Below are positions 50,563-64,000 of a DNA stretch of 64,000 bases, one piece after another (within the stretch, counting starts at the first letter, position 1; each line of letters begins with the position of its first letter). The stretch is from Bryobacterales bacterium (lineage in GTDB: Bacteria > Acidobacteriota > Terriglobia > Bryobacterales > UBA6623): positions 398,952-462,951 of the forward strand of contig JAWKHJ010000004.1 of the NCBI GenBank assembly GCA_041394905.1, given 5' to 3'. Both the position numbers and the translations under genes were made by a program. The notes below the pieces were generated by a model that saw only the letters and a list, made by a program, of their open reading frames with translations, was not told where the DNA came from and made no database searches.

Positions 50563-52623
50563 TTATTCGTCGTCGGCCTCCTCACCGGAACGCTCTTTGC
50601 GCGCCGCTGCCACCACTTTGTCGGCGATCTGTTGCGGCACGAAGTCGTAGTGGTCGAACTCCATGGCGAACGAGCCGCGGCCTTGGGTCATGGAGGTCAG
50701 CTCATTGGCGTAGGTCAGCATCTCCGACATCGGCACCTCGGCTTTGATGATCTGGTTCTGGCCCTTGGTGTCCATACCCTGGATGCGCCCGCGGCGCTGG
50801 CGAGATCGCCCATCCGAATCCATCGGCGATCTCGACCTTCATTACGGGTTCGAGCAAGGCCGGCTTGGCCTGCTCCATCGCCAAGCGAAAGGCTTTGCGT
50901 CCTGCGAGCTTGAAGGCCAGCTCCGACGAGTCGACATCGTGGTAGCTGCCGTCATAGAGCGTGACCTTGAAGTCGACCACGGTGTCCAGCAAGGTAGCCC
51001 TTGGCGGCTATTTCCTGAATACCTTTTTCGACAGCCGGGATGTAGGTCTTGGGGATTGCGCCGCCGAAGATTTCGTCGGAGAACTCTCGAAGCCGGCAGC
51101 CCCGATCGGTGGATCCATCTTGATCTTGCAATCGCCGAATTGGCCGTGGCCGCCGGTCTGCTTCTTGTGGCGGCCGTGGGCGTCAGCGTGGGTGCGGATG
51201 GTCTCGCGGTAGGGAATCTTCGGGGCCTTGAGCTCAACCTCGCAGTGGTAGCGCTTGGCGAGCTTGCTGACGATCACTTCGATGTGCTGCTGGCCGTTGC
51301 CGGCGAGCGAGGAACTCGCCCGTTTTGCTCGTCGCGATAGAAGTTGAGCGAAGGGTCCTCTTCGAGCACACGATGGATGGCCGCGCTCAGGCGATCCTCG
51401 TCCTGCCGCGTTTTGGGCTCAATGGCGAAGGCGATGGCCGGGCAGGATCTCGGCTTTGGGGAACTCGACCGGCGAATCTTTCGCCCCTAAGCTATCGCCG
51501 GAGAGGGTGTCTTTGAGCTTGGCGACGACGCCGATGTCGCCGGCGTGGAGCTCGTCGACGTGCTGCAGCTCTTTGCCCTGCGCTGAGCTGATGCGGGAAA
51601 ACTTCTCGTGGCCGCCGCGGGTATGGTTCTCGACCGTCTCGTCGTTGTGCAGCACGCCGGAGACCGCTGAAGTAGGTGAGACGGCCGGCGAAAGCGTCGG
51701 CGGAAGTCTTGAAGACGAACAGCGCAAGCGGCCCCGCGTCCGTCGATCTTCATCGGGCTGCCGGCGGTCGCGAGCTCGCCGCGATCAGAGGCGAAGCGCG
51801 TAGACGACGAGGAAATCCATCAACTTGTCGACGCCCATGTTGTGGCTGCAGGCCGGAGGTGCAGAGCACGGGGAAGATCTCGCCCGAGAGAATGCCTTTC
51901 TTGAGCCCGGCGACGAGTTTGTCGATGCGAGAGCTCCATGTTCTTTCGAGGTACTCGTTCAGCAGTTCCTCATCACTCTCAGCCACGGCCTCAGTCAGCG
52001 CCTCGCGCGCGGCGGCGACGGCGTCGGCCATGTCGGCGGGAATGTCGATTGCCTTACCTTTGCCGTCGCCGTCCATCTCATAGGCGTAGGCCTTGTTCTC
52101 AATGAGGTCGACGACACCCTTGAAGTCGCGTTCGGCGTCGATAGGAAGTTGGACAGGGATGGCGCTGCCCCGAGCACGTCCTTCACCTGCTGGACAGTCC
52201 CCTCGAAGTCCGCGCGTTCGCGGGCCATCTTGTTGACGACGACGATGCGCGGGATGCCATAGCCTTCCGCGTAGGACCAAACCTTCTCGGTCTGGACTTC
52301 GACTCCGGCGACGGCGTCGACGGTGACGAGGGCGCAGTCGGCGAGCAGCGACGCCTTCGCTTCGTTGATGAAGATGTTGTAGCCGGGGGTGTCGAGGAGG
52401 TTGAGCTTGGTCTTGTTCCGCTCGACGTGGGCCAGGGCGGTGGAGATGGAGACCTTGCGGTCGATCTCCTCGTCGTCGAAGTCGGTGACGGTGTTGCCGT
52501 CGTCGACGCGCGTTAACGGTGACTCCGGCTGTGTACAACATCGCGGCGACGAGCGTGGTCTTGCCGTGGTCGCCGTGTCCGACGACCGATGTTGCGAATG
52601 TCCTTTCCTCCGTAAACCGTCAT
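50563..52623 (-). pseudogene. EF-G-family translational GTPase paralogue (EF-G2-like), more than 10 frame changes; probably assembly indels
   Basis: Starts MTVYGGKDIRNIG, then after a shift VGHGDHGKTTLVAAMLYTAGV. Later pieces are LNLLDTPGY / IPRIVVVNKM (inferred), DRERADFEGTVQQVKDVLG, PVQLPIDAERDFKGVVDLIENKAYAYE, KKGILSGEIFPVLCTSGL, ISSAQGKELQHVDELHAGDIGVVAKLKDT, VSKLAKRYHCEVELKAPKIPYRETI...[64 protein letters not shown] and [54 protein letters not shown]. Confidence 0.8.
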
Positions 52624-52694
52624 GTTCAAAACCTTATGAACCTCTTCCTAGAGATGAAGTCCCGACGGTCCCCGAGCAAGGAGGAGCGCCGGGA

Positions 52695-52713
52695 AACCGC
52701 GCCCTGGCGCGGC
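52695..52713 (-). terminator. Weak terminator-like hairpin after the DCC-family gene
   Basis: Minus-sense CCGCGC-CAGG-GCGCGG (6-bp GC stem) is followed by TTTCCC. It lies 55 nt after the 52768 stop. Confidence 0.3.
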
Positions 52714-52767
52714 ACAGAGTGTAACCCAACCGTCTTGGATTTGGAAGGCGGGGGCCGCGAATCGGCT

Positions 52768-53781
52768 TCAGGCGATCTTGCAGGTCTTTTCGCCGGGCAA
52801 GCGGTGGCGATTGCGGGCGATGAGCTGGTAGATGGCTTCGCCTAGGGGGCGAAACAGGGGGAAGTAGAGGGCGAGGGCAAGCGCTGCGACCACGGGCAGA
52901 GCGCCGGGCCGGAAGGCGTTCGCGGCGAGCAGAAGCGCGGCCAGGACAAGGTAGGTGAGCGGATTGAACAGCGTGATTGCCTGAAAGGCGCGGAAGCCAG
53001 GGTAGATACGGCCTTCGACGACGACGTGAGCCGCCTTGGCGAGCGCGTCGCGTGAGATGCCCCAGCGATCTCCCGCCCCGGACTGGAAGGGCTGCCAGTC
53101 ATAGAGACGGTCGATGTCCAAGCGCTCGAAGAAGCGGCGGGTCGTCTCGCAAAAGCCGCAGTCGCCGTCGTAGAGGACCGTGAGCTGTTCGGTGGGCCAT
53201 TGGGCGAAGGCGAGGTAGGAAGCCGGCAGGATGAGCGAGAAAAGCGCGCCGTGTCCGCCCAACTCGATCAGCGCGGCGAAGTGAAAAAGCAGGCCGGCCC
53301 AAAGGATGAGAGGCCGCGCGCCGAAAGCGGCGAGCAGCAGGCCAATTGCGGCAAAGCCGATCGGCCAGCCGTGCGCCGCGCCCGGCACGCCCCAAACTTG
53401 GACGGCAAAGGCGAGGTAGGCCGCCGCCGTGAGCCAACGGAGCCATCCAGGCTCGGCGCCGGCCACCAACAGGAACAAGCCCGCGAACAGAATGACATAG
53501 GGCAACGCGCCGTGTACGAGCGCCGCGAGGACGAGAATCGCCGCACCGCTGAGCAGCGCCGAGACCTGCACGCGGCGGTTGAGGAGCAGGGCGAGGCCGG
53601 TTCCGATGGCAACACCGGCGAGGACCGCAGGCACGGGCGGCGCGCCGGCTAAGCGCGTCCAGCCGACTCCGGCGAGAGCGCAGAGCGTGACGAGCTTCGC
53701 CGCGAGCAGGACGTTCGGCGCCAGCGGGGCTCCCGAGCAGCTGAGGGGATTCCAGGCGAGGCCGGTGTGGGCGGAGGCCAC
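52768..53781 (-). CDS. Thiol-disulfide oxidoreductase DCC-family (DUF393) domain fused to an N-terminal polytopic membrane domain
   Basis: Intact 337-aa ORF with GTG start and GAGG SD. The N-terminal roughly 200 aa are hydrophobic, with about 6 TM segments. Next comes LTVLYDGDCGFCETTRRFFERLD (the DCC C-x2-C motif) and two more C-terminal TM segments. Confidence 0.7.
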   Translation of the reverse strand: MASAHTGLAWNPLSCSGAPLAPNVLLAAKLVTLCALAGVGWTRLAGAPPVPAVLAGVAIGTGLALLLNRRVQVSALLSGAAILVLAALVHGALPYVILFAGLFLLVAGAEPGWLRWLTAAAYLAFAVQVWGVPGAAHGWPIGFAAIGLLLAAFGARPLILWAGLLFHFAALIELGGHGALFSLILPASYLAFAQWPTEQLTVLYDGDCGFCETTRRFFERLDIDRLYDWQPFQSGAGDRWGISRDALAKAAHVVVEGRIYPGFRAFQAITLFNPLTYLVLAALLLAANAFRPGALPVVAALALALYFPLFRPLGEAIYQLIARNRHRLPGEKTCKIA

Positions 53782-53828
53782 GAGAACCTCAGTCTACTAC
53801 CCTGCGGGGCGGATGGCGTGACGCCGAG

Positions 53829-53853
53829 CCCCGGCCTGGACGGCCGGGGTTTT
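53829..53853 (+). terminator. Canonical-looking intrinsic terminator oriented on the plus strand, between two minus-strand genes
   Basis: CCCCGGCC-TGGAC-GGCCGGGG (8-bp GC stem, 5-nt loop) is followed by TTTT at 53850-53853. In minus orientation there is no U-tract. Confidence 0.35.
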
Positions 53854-53876
53854 CGTCCCGGTGCGCGAGCCTTCGC

Positions 53877-56800
53877 CTACGAAGAGTTGCGCTTCCAGTA
53901 AATCTTCAGGCCGAACTGCATGATGCGGCGGCCACCCGCGCCGGTGATCTGGCCGAGGCCGCTGCTGCCTAGGCTCTGGCCGGGTAGATCAAACTGTGGC
54001 GTGTTGGTGAAGTTGAACATCTCCCAGCGGAACTGAGCGCGCCAGCCTTCTCCCCAGGTGAAGTTCTTGCTCAACATGGCGTCGAAGCTGACAATGCCCG
54101 GGCCGTAAACGCCCGGTAAGGTGCGCGACGCGTTGCCGTGGGTGTACTGCGCGGGAACGGCGAAGGCATCCGGGTTGAGCCACGAGAGACCTTTGTTGCC
54201 GTTCGAGAGGGCTTGGCCCTTGTCGGAGGCGTAGAGTTGGCTCGAAACGAGGTCCGGGCGCAAGGTCTTGCCGTCGGCGCTGTCGCCCAGGATGTCGCGC
54301 GCGCCATTGAGGACTTCGACGCCGAAGGGCGCGCCGGACTGTAGCGTTCCGATGGTCGAAACTTCCCAGCCGCCGAGAATCGAGCTCAAGACCGGATGCC
54401 AGTTCGAGCCGAACATCTGGCCCTTTCCGAACGGCAAAAGGAAGATTGGCGCGATGACGATACGGTGGGGCACGCGATTGGTCGAACCGGAACGCTCCGC
54501 GCGCAGGTTGTAGATGTTCTGGACCTGATCGTTGTCGCCGAACGAAGCGCCCTGGGACACGATGTTGTCGATCCATTGCGTGTGGGTGTAGGCCACGGTG
54601 ACGCCAAAGCCGTTCTCGAGGCGCCGCTCAGCTTTGAAGGTGCCGAGCCAGGCGTTGGAGAGGCCCCAGTTCGGCGTGATGATCTGGATCTGCGGCTGGT
54701 CGCTGGTGAGGGTCTGCCAGGGACGCAGGAGCAGCTCCGGTACGCCCTGTCCGAGCTTGGGTAAATCCTCCGGGCGGATGTGGTTCAGGTTTATGTTGCC
54801 GAACGAGACGTGGCGGCCGAGGTTGGCCATCGCGCCGATCTCGAACAGCCACTTCTTGACCTCGTATTGCACCGTGAGGTTGAAGTTCTCGCTGTAGGGG
54901 AAGACGCGGTCCTCGTCGAGGAACTGGACGCTCGAGAGCTCGAAGCGCGTGCCGCGGGCGCCGAAGTTGGGCGTGAGCTCGGACTCGGGAATGGCGTCGA
55001 GGGCGCCTTGCGGGATGCCTTCGCCCAGTGTGTAGGGAATCGGGTTTCGGGCTTGGTAGAGGTTGTTAAAGCCCGCAGCGGCGATCTGGATCGTGTTGCG
55101 GGTGGACTGGTTGCCGTAATAGAGGCCGACGCCGCCTCGGATGACGAAGTTGTCTTTGCCGGTGGCGCGCCAAGCGAAGCCGAAGCGCGGCGCGATGTTG
55201 TTCTTGTCCCACTGCCACAGATACTTGCCGTAGCCATTGCGGTTGGGGAAGGTGAACGTGCCAATGGCGCCTTCGGGGATGCCGTTCTGGCCGGCAAGCG
55301 GGCTCGGGCAGTAGAGGCAGAAGCCGTTCATGCGGCCTGTCTTTTCGTGGACGGGCGACTCGACCTCGTAGCGGACGCCGAGGTTGAGGGTCAGGTTCTG
55401 CGAAACCTTCCAGTCGTCTTGGAAGTAGCCCGAGTAGTAAAGAATGCTGCGGCTGACCGGCTCGCCTACCTCCGCATTCACGGAGTTGATGCGACCCAAG
55501 ATAAAGTCGGCGAAGCGGATGCCGGTCTGGTTGTTGCGGCCGCCGTTCGCGTTCCAGGCTTGGGTCCAGCGTCCGTCAAAACCCCATTGGCCGCTGGGTT
55601 GAGGACGGCTGAGTTCCTGGCCGTGGAAGCGTGTGAATTGCCCGCCGAACTTGATGGTGTGGCCGCCGGCGGTCTTCGAGAAATTGACCGAGTAGTCCCA
55701 GTTGTCGAAGACGGCATCCCGATGGCCGTTGCCGGCGGCTCCAATCTGGTCGACCGGCACCAGGCCGCCTTGGAAGTTGAAGCGGGGGAAAACCTCGCCG
55801 CCGACATCCGATAGCACGGGTAGGCCGAACTTCTCGGAGTAGTTCGTGTCGCAGCAGTCGCCCGACTTACGGTCGACGGTGACCTTGTTGAAGCCTACGG
55901 TGAAGTCGACCAAAAAAGTGGGCGAGAAGATGTGGGTCGTGTTGACGGCCAGGTTGGTGCGGCGATTGAGAATCGACAAGCCGTTTTGGTCCGCGACTCC
56001 AAAGCCTTGCGAGTAGCCGGTCAAATCCTCGTCGGGCTGGGTGCGGATGTAGCGGGCGTAGGACCGAGTGGACGAGTTCCACACATGGTCGACCTTGCCG
56101 GTGTAGTAGTCGCGGTTGAGCTGGTTGCCGACGTTCTCCTGCCAGTTCCCTGCATTGTTCGCAACGTTGTTGGCGGTGCGGTTGGCCCCGGGGATGTAGT
56201 TGCCGGCGAGAACTTTGGCGGCGACGGGGTCAAAGCGCGAGACCGGGATGATGTTGTTCGCGAACTGAGTCGTCGATTTGGGCGCGGTGAACGTTCCGGT
56301 GCCGCTGAGCGGGTCGTGGATCGGCACGACCTTCACCGTGCCGCCGAGGAGCGCGGTTGCGTTGGAGAAGTCGCCTTTCTGAAACTCAGGCAGACCGACG
56401 GAGCGAGTACGGACGCTTTGGGTGCGCTCGCGCTGAAAGTCGGAGTTGAAGAAGAAAAAGGTCTTGTTCTTCTTGATGGGGCCGCCGACGGTGGCGCCGA
56501 AGTTGTTGCGCCGCAGAGTCGGCTTCTCGTCGTTGTTCCAACCGGCTGCGTCGAGCTTGTCGTTGCGCAGGAACTCGTAGAAGCTGCCCGCGAAGTCGTT
56601 GGTACCGCTCTTGGTGACTGCGCTGACGGCGCCGTCTGCGGTGCGTCCGGTGGCGGCGCTCAAGTTGTTCGTCTCGACTTTGAATTCCTGCATGGAGTCG
56701 ATCGGCGGCGTCATCTCGATGTCCTGGCCGCCTAGGCCGCCGCGGGTGTTGTTGACGCCGTCGATGTAATAGCCGGCCGCCTGGGTGCGCCCACCGCCGA

Positions 56801-57335
56801 GACCGATATCGCCGCCGTTGTAGTAGGAGCCCGGAACGAGGTTCACGAGGGTGAACACGTTGCGGTTGGGCATCGGCAGCTCGAGGATCTGCTCGACTTG
56901 CACCGTGGAGCCGACCGTGGAGCTTGCGGTCTCGACCATGAGAGCGGAGCCGGAGACTTCGATGGTCTCTGTGACAGCGCCGATCTCGAGGGTGAAGGTC
57001 TGGTTGATGCTGGAGCCGATGTTGACGCGGAGGCCGCTGACTTCGGCGCGCTTGAAGCCGTCGGCTTCCGCAGCGAGCTTGTAGTCGCCCGGCTGGACTT
57101 CCGGAATGCGGAAAGAGCCTTCCGCATCGGTTTCCGCCGAGAGCGCGATGCCGGTATTGACGTTGGTGGCGGTGACACGAGCCCCAGGAATGAGCGCGCC
57201 GGTGCCATCCTGAACGAGGCCGACAATGAGACCTCGAGCCGATTGGGCATTCGCTGTGTTGAGCGAAAGGAGAAGGCAGCAGGCGACAAGCAGGGCCTGC
57301 TTCAATTTGGCCTGAAAATCCACGATATCCCCCAA
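53877..57335 (-). CDS. TonB-dependent receptor with N-terminal carboxypeptidase-regulatory-like domain (start uncertain: TTG 57335, GTG 57323 or TTG 57305)
   Basis: 1152-aa ORF. Signal ...KLKQALLVACCLLLSLNTANA. CarboxypepD_reg-like GLVQDGTGALIPGARVTATNVNTGIALSAETDAEGSFRIPEVQPGDYKLAAEADGFK. The plug and barrel end with an aromatic C-terminus (...MQFGLKIYW...). GTG 57323 has GGGGGA 4 nt upstream. Confidence 0.85.
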   Translation of the reverse strand: MGDIVDFQAKLKQALLVACCLLLSLNTANAQSARGLIVGLVQDGTGALIPGARVTATNVNTGIALSAETDAEGSFRIPEVQPGDYKLAAEADGFKRAEVSGLRVNIGSSINQTFTLEIGAVTETIEVSGSALMVETASSTVGSTVQVEQILELPMPNRNVFTLVNLVPGSYYNGGDIGLGGGRTQAAGYYIDGVNNTRGGLGGQDIEMTPPIDSMQEFKVETNNLSAATGRTADGAVSAVTKSGTNDFAGSFYEFLRNDKLDAAGWNNDEKPTLRRNNFGATVGGPIKKNKTFFFFNSDFQRERTQSVRTRSVGLPEFQKGDFSNATALLGGTVKVVPIHDPLSGTGTFTAPKSTTQFANNIIPVSRFDPVAAKVLAGNYIPGANRTANNVANNAGNWQENVGNQLNRDYYTGKVDHVWNSSTRSYARYIRTQPDEDLTGYSQGFGVADQNGLSILNRRTNLAVNTTHIFSPTFLVDFTVGFNKVTVDRKSGDCCDTNYSEKFGLPVLSDVGGEVFPRFNFQGGLVPVDQIGAAGNGHRDAVFDNWDYSVNFSKTAGGHTIKFGGQFTRFHGQELSRPQPSGQWGFDGRWTQAWNANGGRNNQTGIRFADFILGRINSVNAEVGEPVSRSILYYSGYFQDDWKVSQNLTLNLGVRYEVESPVHEKTGRMNGFCLYCPSPLAGQNGIPEGAIGTFTFPNRNGYGKYLWQWDKNNIAPRFGFAWRATGKDNFVIRGGVGLYYGNQSTRNTIQIAAAGFNNLYQARNPIPYTLGEGIPQGALDAIPESELTPNFGARGTRFELSSVQFLDEDRVFPYSENFNLTVQYEVKKWLFEIGAMANLGRHVSFGNINLNHIRPEDLPKLGQGVPELLLRPWQTLTSDQPQIQIITPNWGLSNAWLGTFKAERRLENGFGVTVAYTHTQWIDNIVSQGASFGDNDQVQNIYNLRAERSGSTNRVPHRIVIAPIFLLPFGKGQMFGSNWHPVLSSILGGWEVSTIGTLQSGAPFGVEVLNGARDILGDSADGKTLRPDLVSSQLYASDKGQALSNGNKGLSWLNPDAFAVPAQYTHGNASRTLPGVYGPGIVSFDAMLSKNFTWGEGWRAQFRWEMFNFTNTPQFDLPGQSLGSSGLGQITGAGGRRIMQFGLKIYWKRNSS

Positions 57336-57484
57336 AATTCGACGCGCGAAGTCGCGCCGATTCCCAGGGGATAACTAGAGCAGCTTTGAGGGGGAGCCGG
57401 AACTACCCAAGAGAGGTCAATCCCGCACCAGAAAATTCGCTAATAAGAAACGCGATGTAAACGTAGCCCTGCTTAGGGATGGAG

Positions 57485-57892
57485 TTATCGGCCGCGTTCG
57501 TAGGCTTCAAGCTGAGCGCGGGCTTGCGCTACGGCGGCTTGGGCTTGTTCGATGTTGTTGTCACGCTTCTGGCGCGTGAGGGTCTCGGTGGCGCGCGCGA
57601 GCGCTTCGCGGGCGCGCTCCACGTCGACTTCGTTGGCCCAGGCGGCGGAAGTTGTCAGCACGCGGACACGGTCCGGTAACACTTCCATGATCCCTTCGTG
57701 GATGGCGATGTAGCGTTCGCCCGAGCTTTGCTTGAACGAAAGCACGCCCGAGCCCAACTGCGTGAGCAGCGGGGCGTGACCGGGCAGCACGCCCAGGTAG
57801 CCATCCGCCGCCGGCGCCTGCACTTCGTCGACGTCCTCGTCGAGAAGCTGGCGGTCAGGGGCGGCGACTTCCAGACGCAGCTTGCCGGCCAT
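57485..57892 (-). CDS. atpC: F0F1 ATP synthase subunit epsilon
   Basis: 135 aa. L.V..P.......V..V..P...[15 protein letters not shown]. Follows atpD. Confidence 0.92.
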   Translation of the reverse strand: MAGKLRLEVAAPDRQLLDEDVDEVQAPAADGYLGVLPGHAPLLTQLGSGVLSFKQSSGERYIAIHEGIMEVLPDRVRVLTTSAAWANEVDVERAREALARATETLTRQKRDNNIEQAQAAVAQARAQLEAYERGR

Positions 57893-57895
57893 GGT

Positions 57896-60242
<2,347 letters not shown>

Positions 60243-60250
60243 GACGCGAG

Positions 60251-62369
<2,119 letters not shown>

Positions 62370-62649
62370 AAAAACTCTCTACGATTTTCGACGGAACGCC
62401 TCGCGACCTCAACCCCGTGCCGTTACCTGCCCGCAATCCCGGTGAGACCGCGCCGGCTGAAGCCTAAGCGCTCGATCCCCTGGAGATCATCGAAAGGAAG
62501 GAAAACCCGAAAACGGTCGACCTGAAAAGGCTGAAACCGTGAAGCTTCTTCCCATGATAGCCGAAATTCGGGGGCAATGACGAGCCCCTGCGCCCGACTC
62601 TCGCTTGCGGAAAACATTCCTCCAATGCAGGCGGGGGCTCAAACAAACA

Positions 62650-62678
62650 TTGCCATACTATATTGTTTCCGATAAACT
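62650..62678 (+). promoter_or_regulatory. Candidate sigma70-type promoter for the RDD-family gene
   Basis: TTGCCA (62650-62655), a 17-nt spacer, then TAAACT (62673-62678), in a locally AT-richer stretch. GAGAGGA at 62714-62720 lies upstream of the TTG start at 62732. Confidence 0.3.
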
Positions 62679-62731
62679 CCGTTAGTGCGCGAGTCTTCGC
62701 GGCGCCTTAAGGTAGAGAGGATCGGTAGCCG

Positions 62732-63732
62732 TTGAGCATCCACGAGGATACCGTGTCGAGTGGCTTACCGCACTTGCCTGACCCTCACGAACACGAGAGC
62801 GTGGTCGAAAGGCGATGTGCGGGCTGCGGCTTTTGGAACGACGCGGCCGAGGCGCGCTGCCAGCGTTGTGGCCGCAAGCTCGAGACCTCGCTGGGCGCGG
62901 AAGGGCGACGCGAGCTCGAGGAAACCGAAACGCTGCCAGGACCATCCATCCCCGTAGCGGCTGAGCCGAAACCCGCCCCCGAGCCCGAGTGGAAAGAAGA
63001 GCTGCAGCGTCGCTTGGCGGGCTACCGCGAGCGCAAAGCGGCTTTTGACGAGACCGCCGATTTGGAAAAACCGGAATTGCCGGAAAAACACTTACCCTTG
63101 CTGGCGAAGCTCGACAAAGAGCCGCTGCCGCCCCCCCGGCGCGAAGATATCTCTCCGCTGCCCCCGCCGCGGCGCGAGCATGCGGAATCGAGACACTCGG
63201 AGCCGAGGCGAGAGAGGGAGAAGGAGCCGATCCGGCGGCTGGCTGAGCCGCCAATCGTCGACCGGCTGCTAGTCCATCCGCCAACCGGTCCCGCGCCATC
63301 GGCGCCGGTGCGGCCTCCAGTCGAAGAATTGCAGGCGCCGATCCGTTACCGCTTCATCGCGGGGCTGCTCGACGTCTGCGTGGTAGCGTTGGCGCTGGGA
63401 GTATTCCTGGCGGTGATGCACCTGCTAAACCCGGCCGTGCTGAAAGGGCCGAATCGCTGGGCCGTCGCGGGCGGCGGGTTCTTGGGCTTGCTCGTGATCT
63501 ATTGGGTGGCCTACCTGCGCTTACTAGGCTCGACGGCGGGCATGATCTGGACCGGGCTGCGCGTGGTGAACCTGGACGGGGAGCCGCCGGACTACATCAG
63601 CGCTGGACGCGCACTCGGTACCGTGCTGAGCGCGGCGGCGTTGAGCATGGCTTCTTGTGGTCGCTGTTCGACGAACAGCACTTCACCCGGCATGACCGAG
63701 TGTCGAAGACCTTCGTCAGCGTGAACAACTAG
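62732..63732 (+). CDS. RDD-family membrane protein with N-terminal zinc-ribbon and Pro/Glu/Arg-rich linker; one frame change near 63640-63650
   Basis: TTG start. Zinc ribbon CAGCGFWNDAAEARCQRCG. RDD part RYRFIAGLLDVCVV...GLLVIYWVAYLRLLGSTAGMIWTGLRVVNLDG. The true tail HGFLWSLFDEQHFTRHDRVSKTFVSVNN is in the frame of ORF 63502..63732. Confidence 0.75.
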
Positions 63733-64000
63733 CGCAGGCCGATGAAGGCCAGCATGCGGCCGGCGCATGCACCGTCGCGACGGTGGGAGTGGAAACGCTC
63801 GGCTTCGCTGAAGCTGCAGTGGACGCCGCCGTGGATGTTCTCTTCCTCAAACCGGAAGCGAGGAGTTGGAGGCGATTCGCCGCGGCTAGATCGACGATGC
63901 GGCTTGGCGCGGCCTTCGCGCAGGACTGCACCGGCGTCGAAATGCGACGCTACCTCTTGCCCGACTTCGTACTGCTCGGCGGAGATGCAGGGGCCGATGA
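63729..64000 (-). CDS. pgeF: YfiH/PgeF (DUF152, laccase-domain) family protein, 3' part only (5' end beyond window); two frame changes (about 63895, about 63830)
   Basis: Minus-strand translation from the window edge gives IGPCISAEQYEVGQEVASHF...GRAKPH, then VDLAAANRLQLLASGL, then EENIHGGVHCSFSEAERFHSHRRDGACAGRMLAFIGLR. The stop TAG at 63729-63731 overlaps the RDD gene stop. Confidence 0.7.
   Translation of the reverse strand, partial: IGPCISAEQYEVGQEVASHFDAGAVLREGRAKPHRRSSRGESPPTPRFRFEEENIHGGVHCSFSEAERFHSHRRDGACAGRMLAFIGLR

Noticed and set aside
54780-55814. 344-aa plus-strand ORF
   Set aside because: It is antisense to the TonB-dependent receptor. This is a shadow ORF.
57345-57380. Hairpin between atpC and the TonB receptor as the atp operon terminator
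   Set aside because: The stem is only 4-5 bp (GCGCG/CGCGC), the T-run is displaced by 6 nt, and it lies about 110 nt from the atpC stop. This is not convincing.

Overview
High-GC (roughly 65%) bacterial chromosome segment. It is probably Acidobacteriota-like, an inference from the CarboxypepD_reg-type TonB receptor, the secreted LRR and Sel1 proteins, and the Gfo/Idh/MocA and sulfatase genes. The content is mostly housekeeping. On the minus strand there is a heme cluster (ccsA/hemX-like, hemA, hemC, cobA-hemD fusion), purQ-purL-purF, ybjQ and galU. A contiguous 19.4 kb str-S10-spc-alpha ribosomal supercluster runs from rpsL to rplQ (37082 down to 17707) with no adk. Further along are ychF, moxR, two tandem secreted LRR proteins, a monocistronic HipA-like kinase/DUF3037-like fusion, an MltD-like transglycosylase with 8 LysM repeats, a second EF-G-family gene, a DCC-family protein, a TonB-dependent receptor, atpHAGDC without atpBEF, an RDD protein and the 3' end of pgeF/yfiH. 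I recognised no rRNA, tRNA, CRISPR array, transposase or integrase. The dominant non-annotated signal is a very uneven distribution of 1-nt indels. Two patches, about 31.97-40.1 kb and 49.93-52.6 kb, carry dozens of frameshifts, including in rplC, rpsJ, tuf, fusA, rpsG and rpsL. In contrast, 14.2-31.7 kb and 52.7-63.6 kb are clean, and about ten single frameshifts are scattered elsewhere. The best-resolved events sit in homopolymer runs and the in-frame residues remain conserved. I therefore read this as consensus error, possibly marking unpolished duplicated segments, rather than gene decay. The most interesting biological candidate is the kinase-DUF3037 fusion at 45738-47405, which has its own -10 box, SD and an upstream terminator. 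All family calls come from motif recognition and memory; no searches were run.
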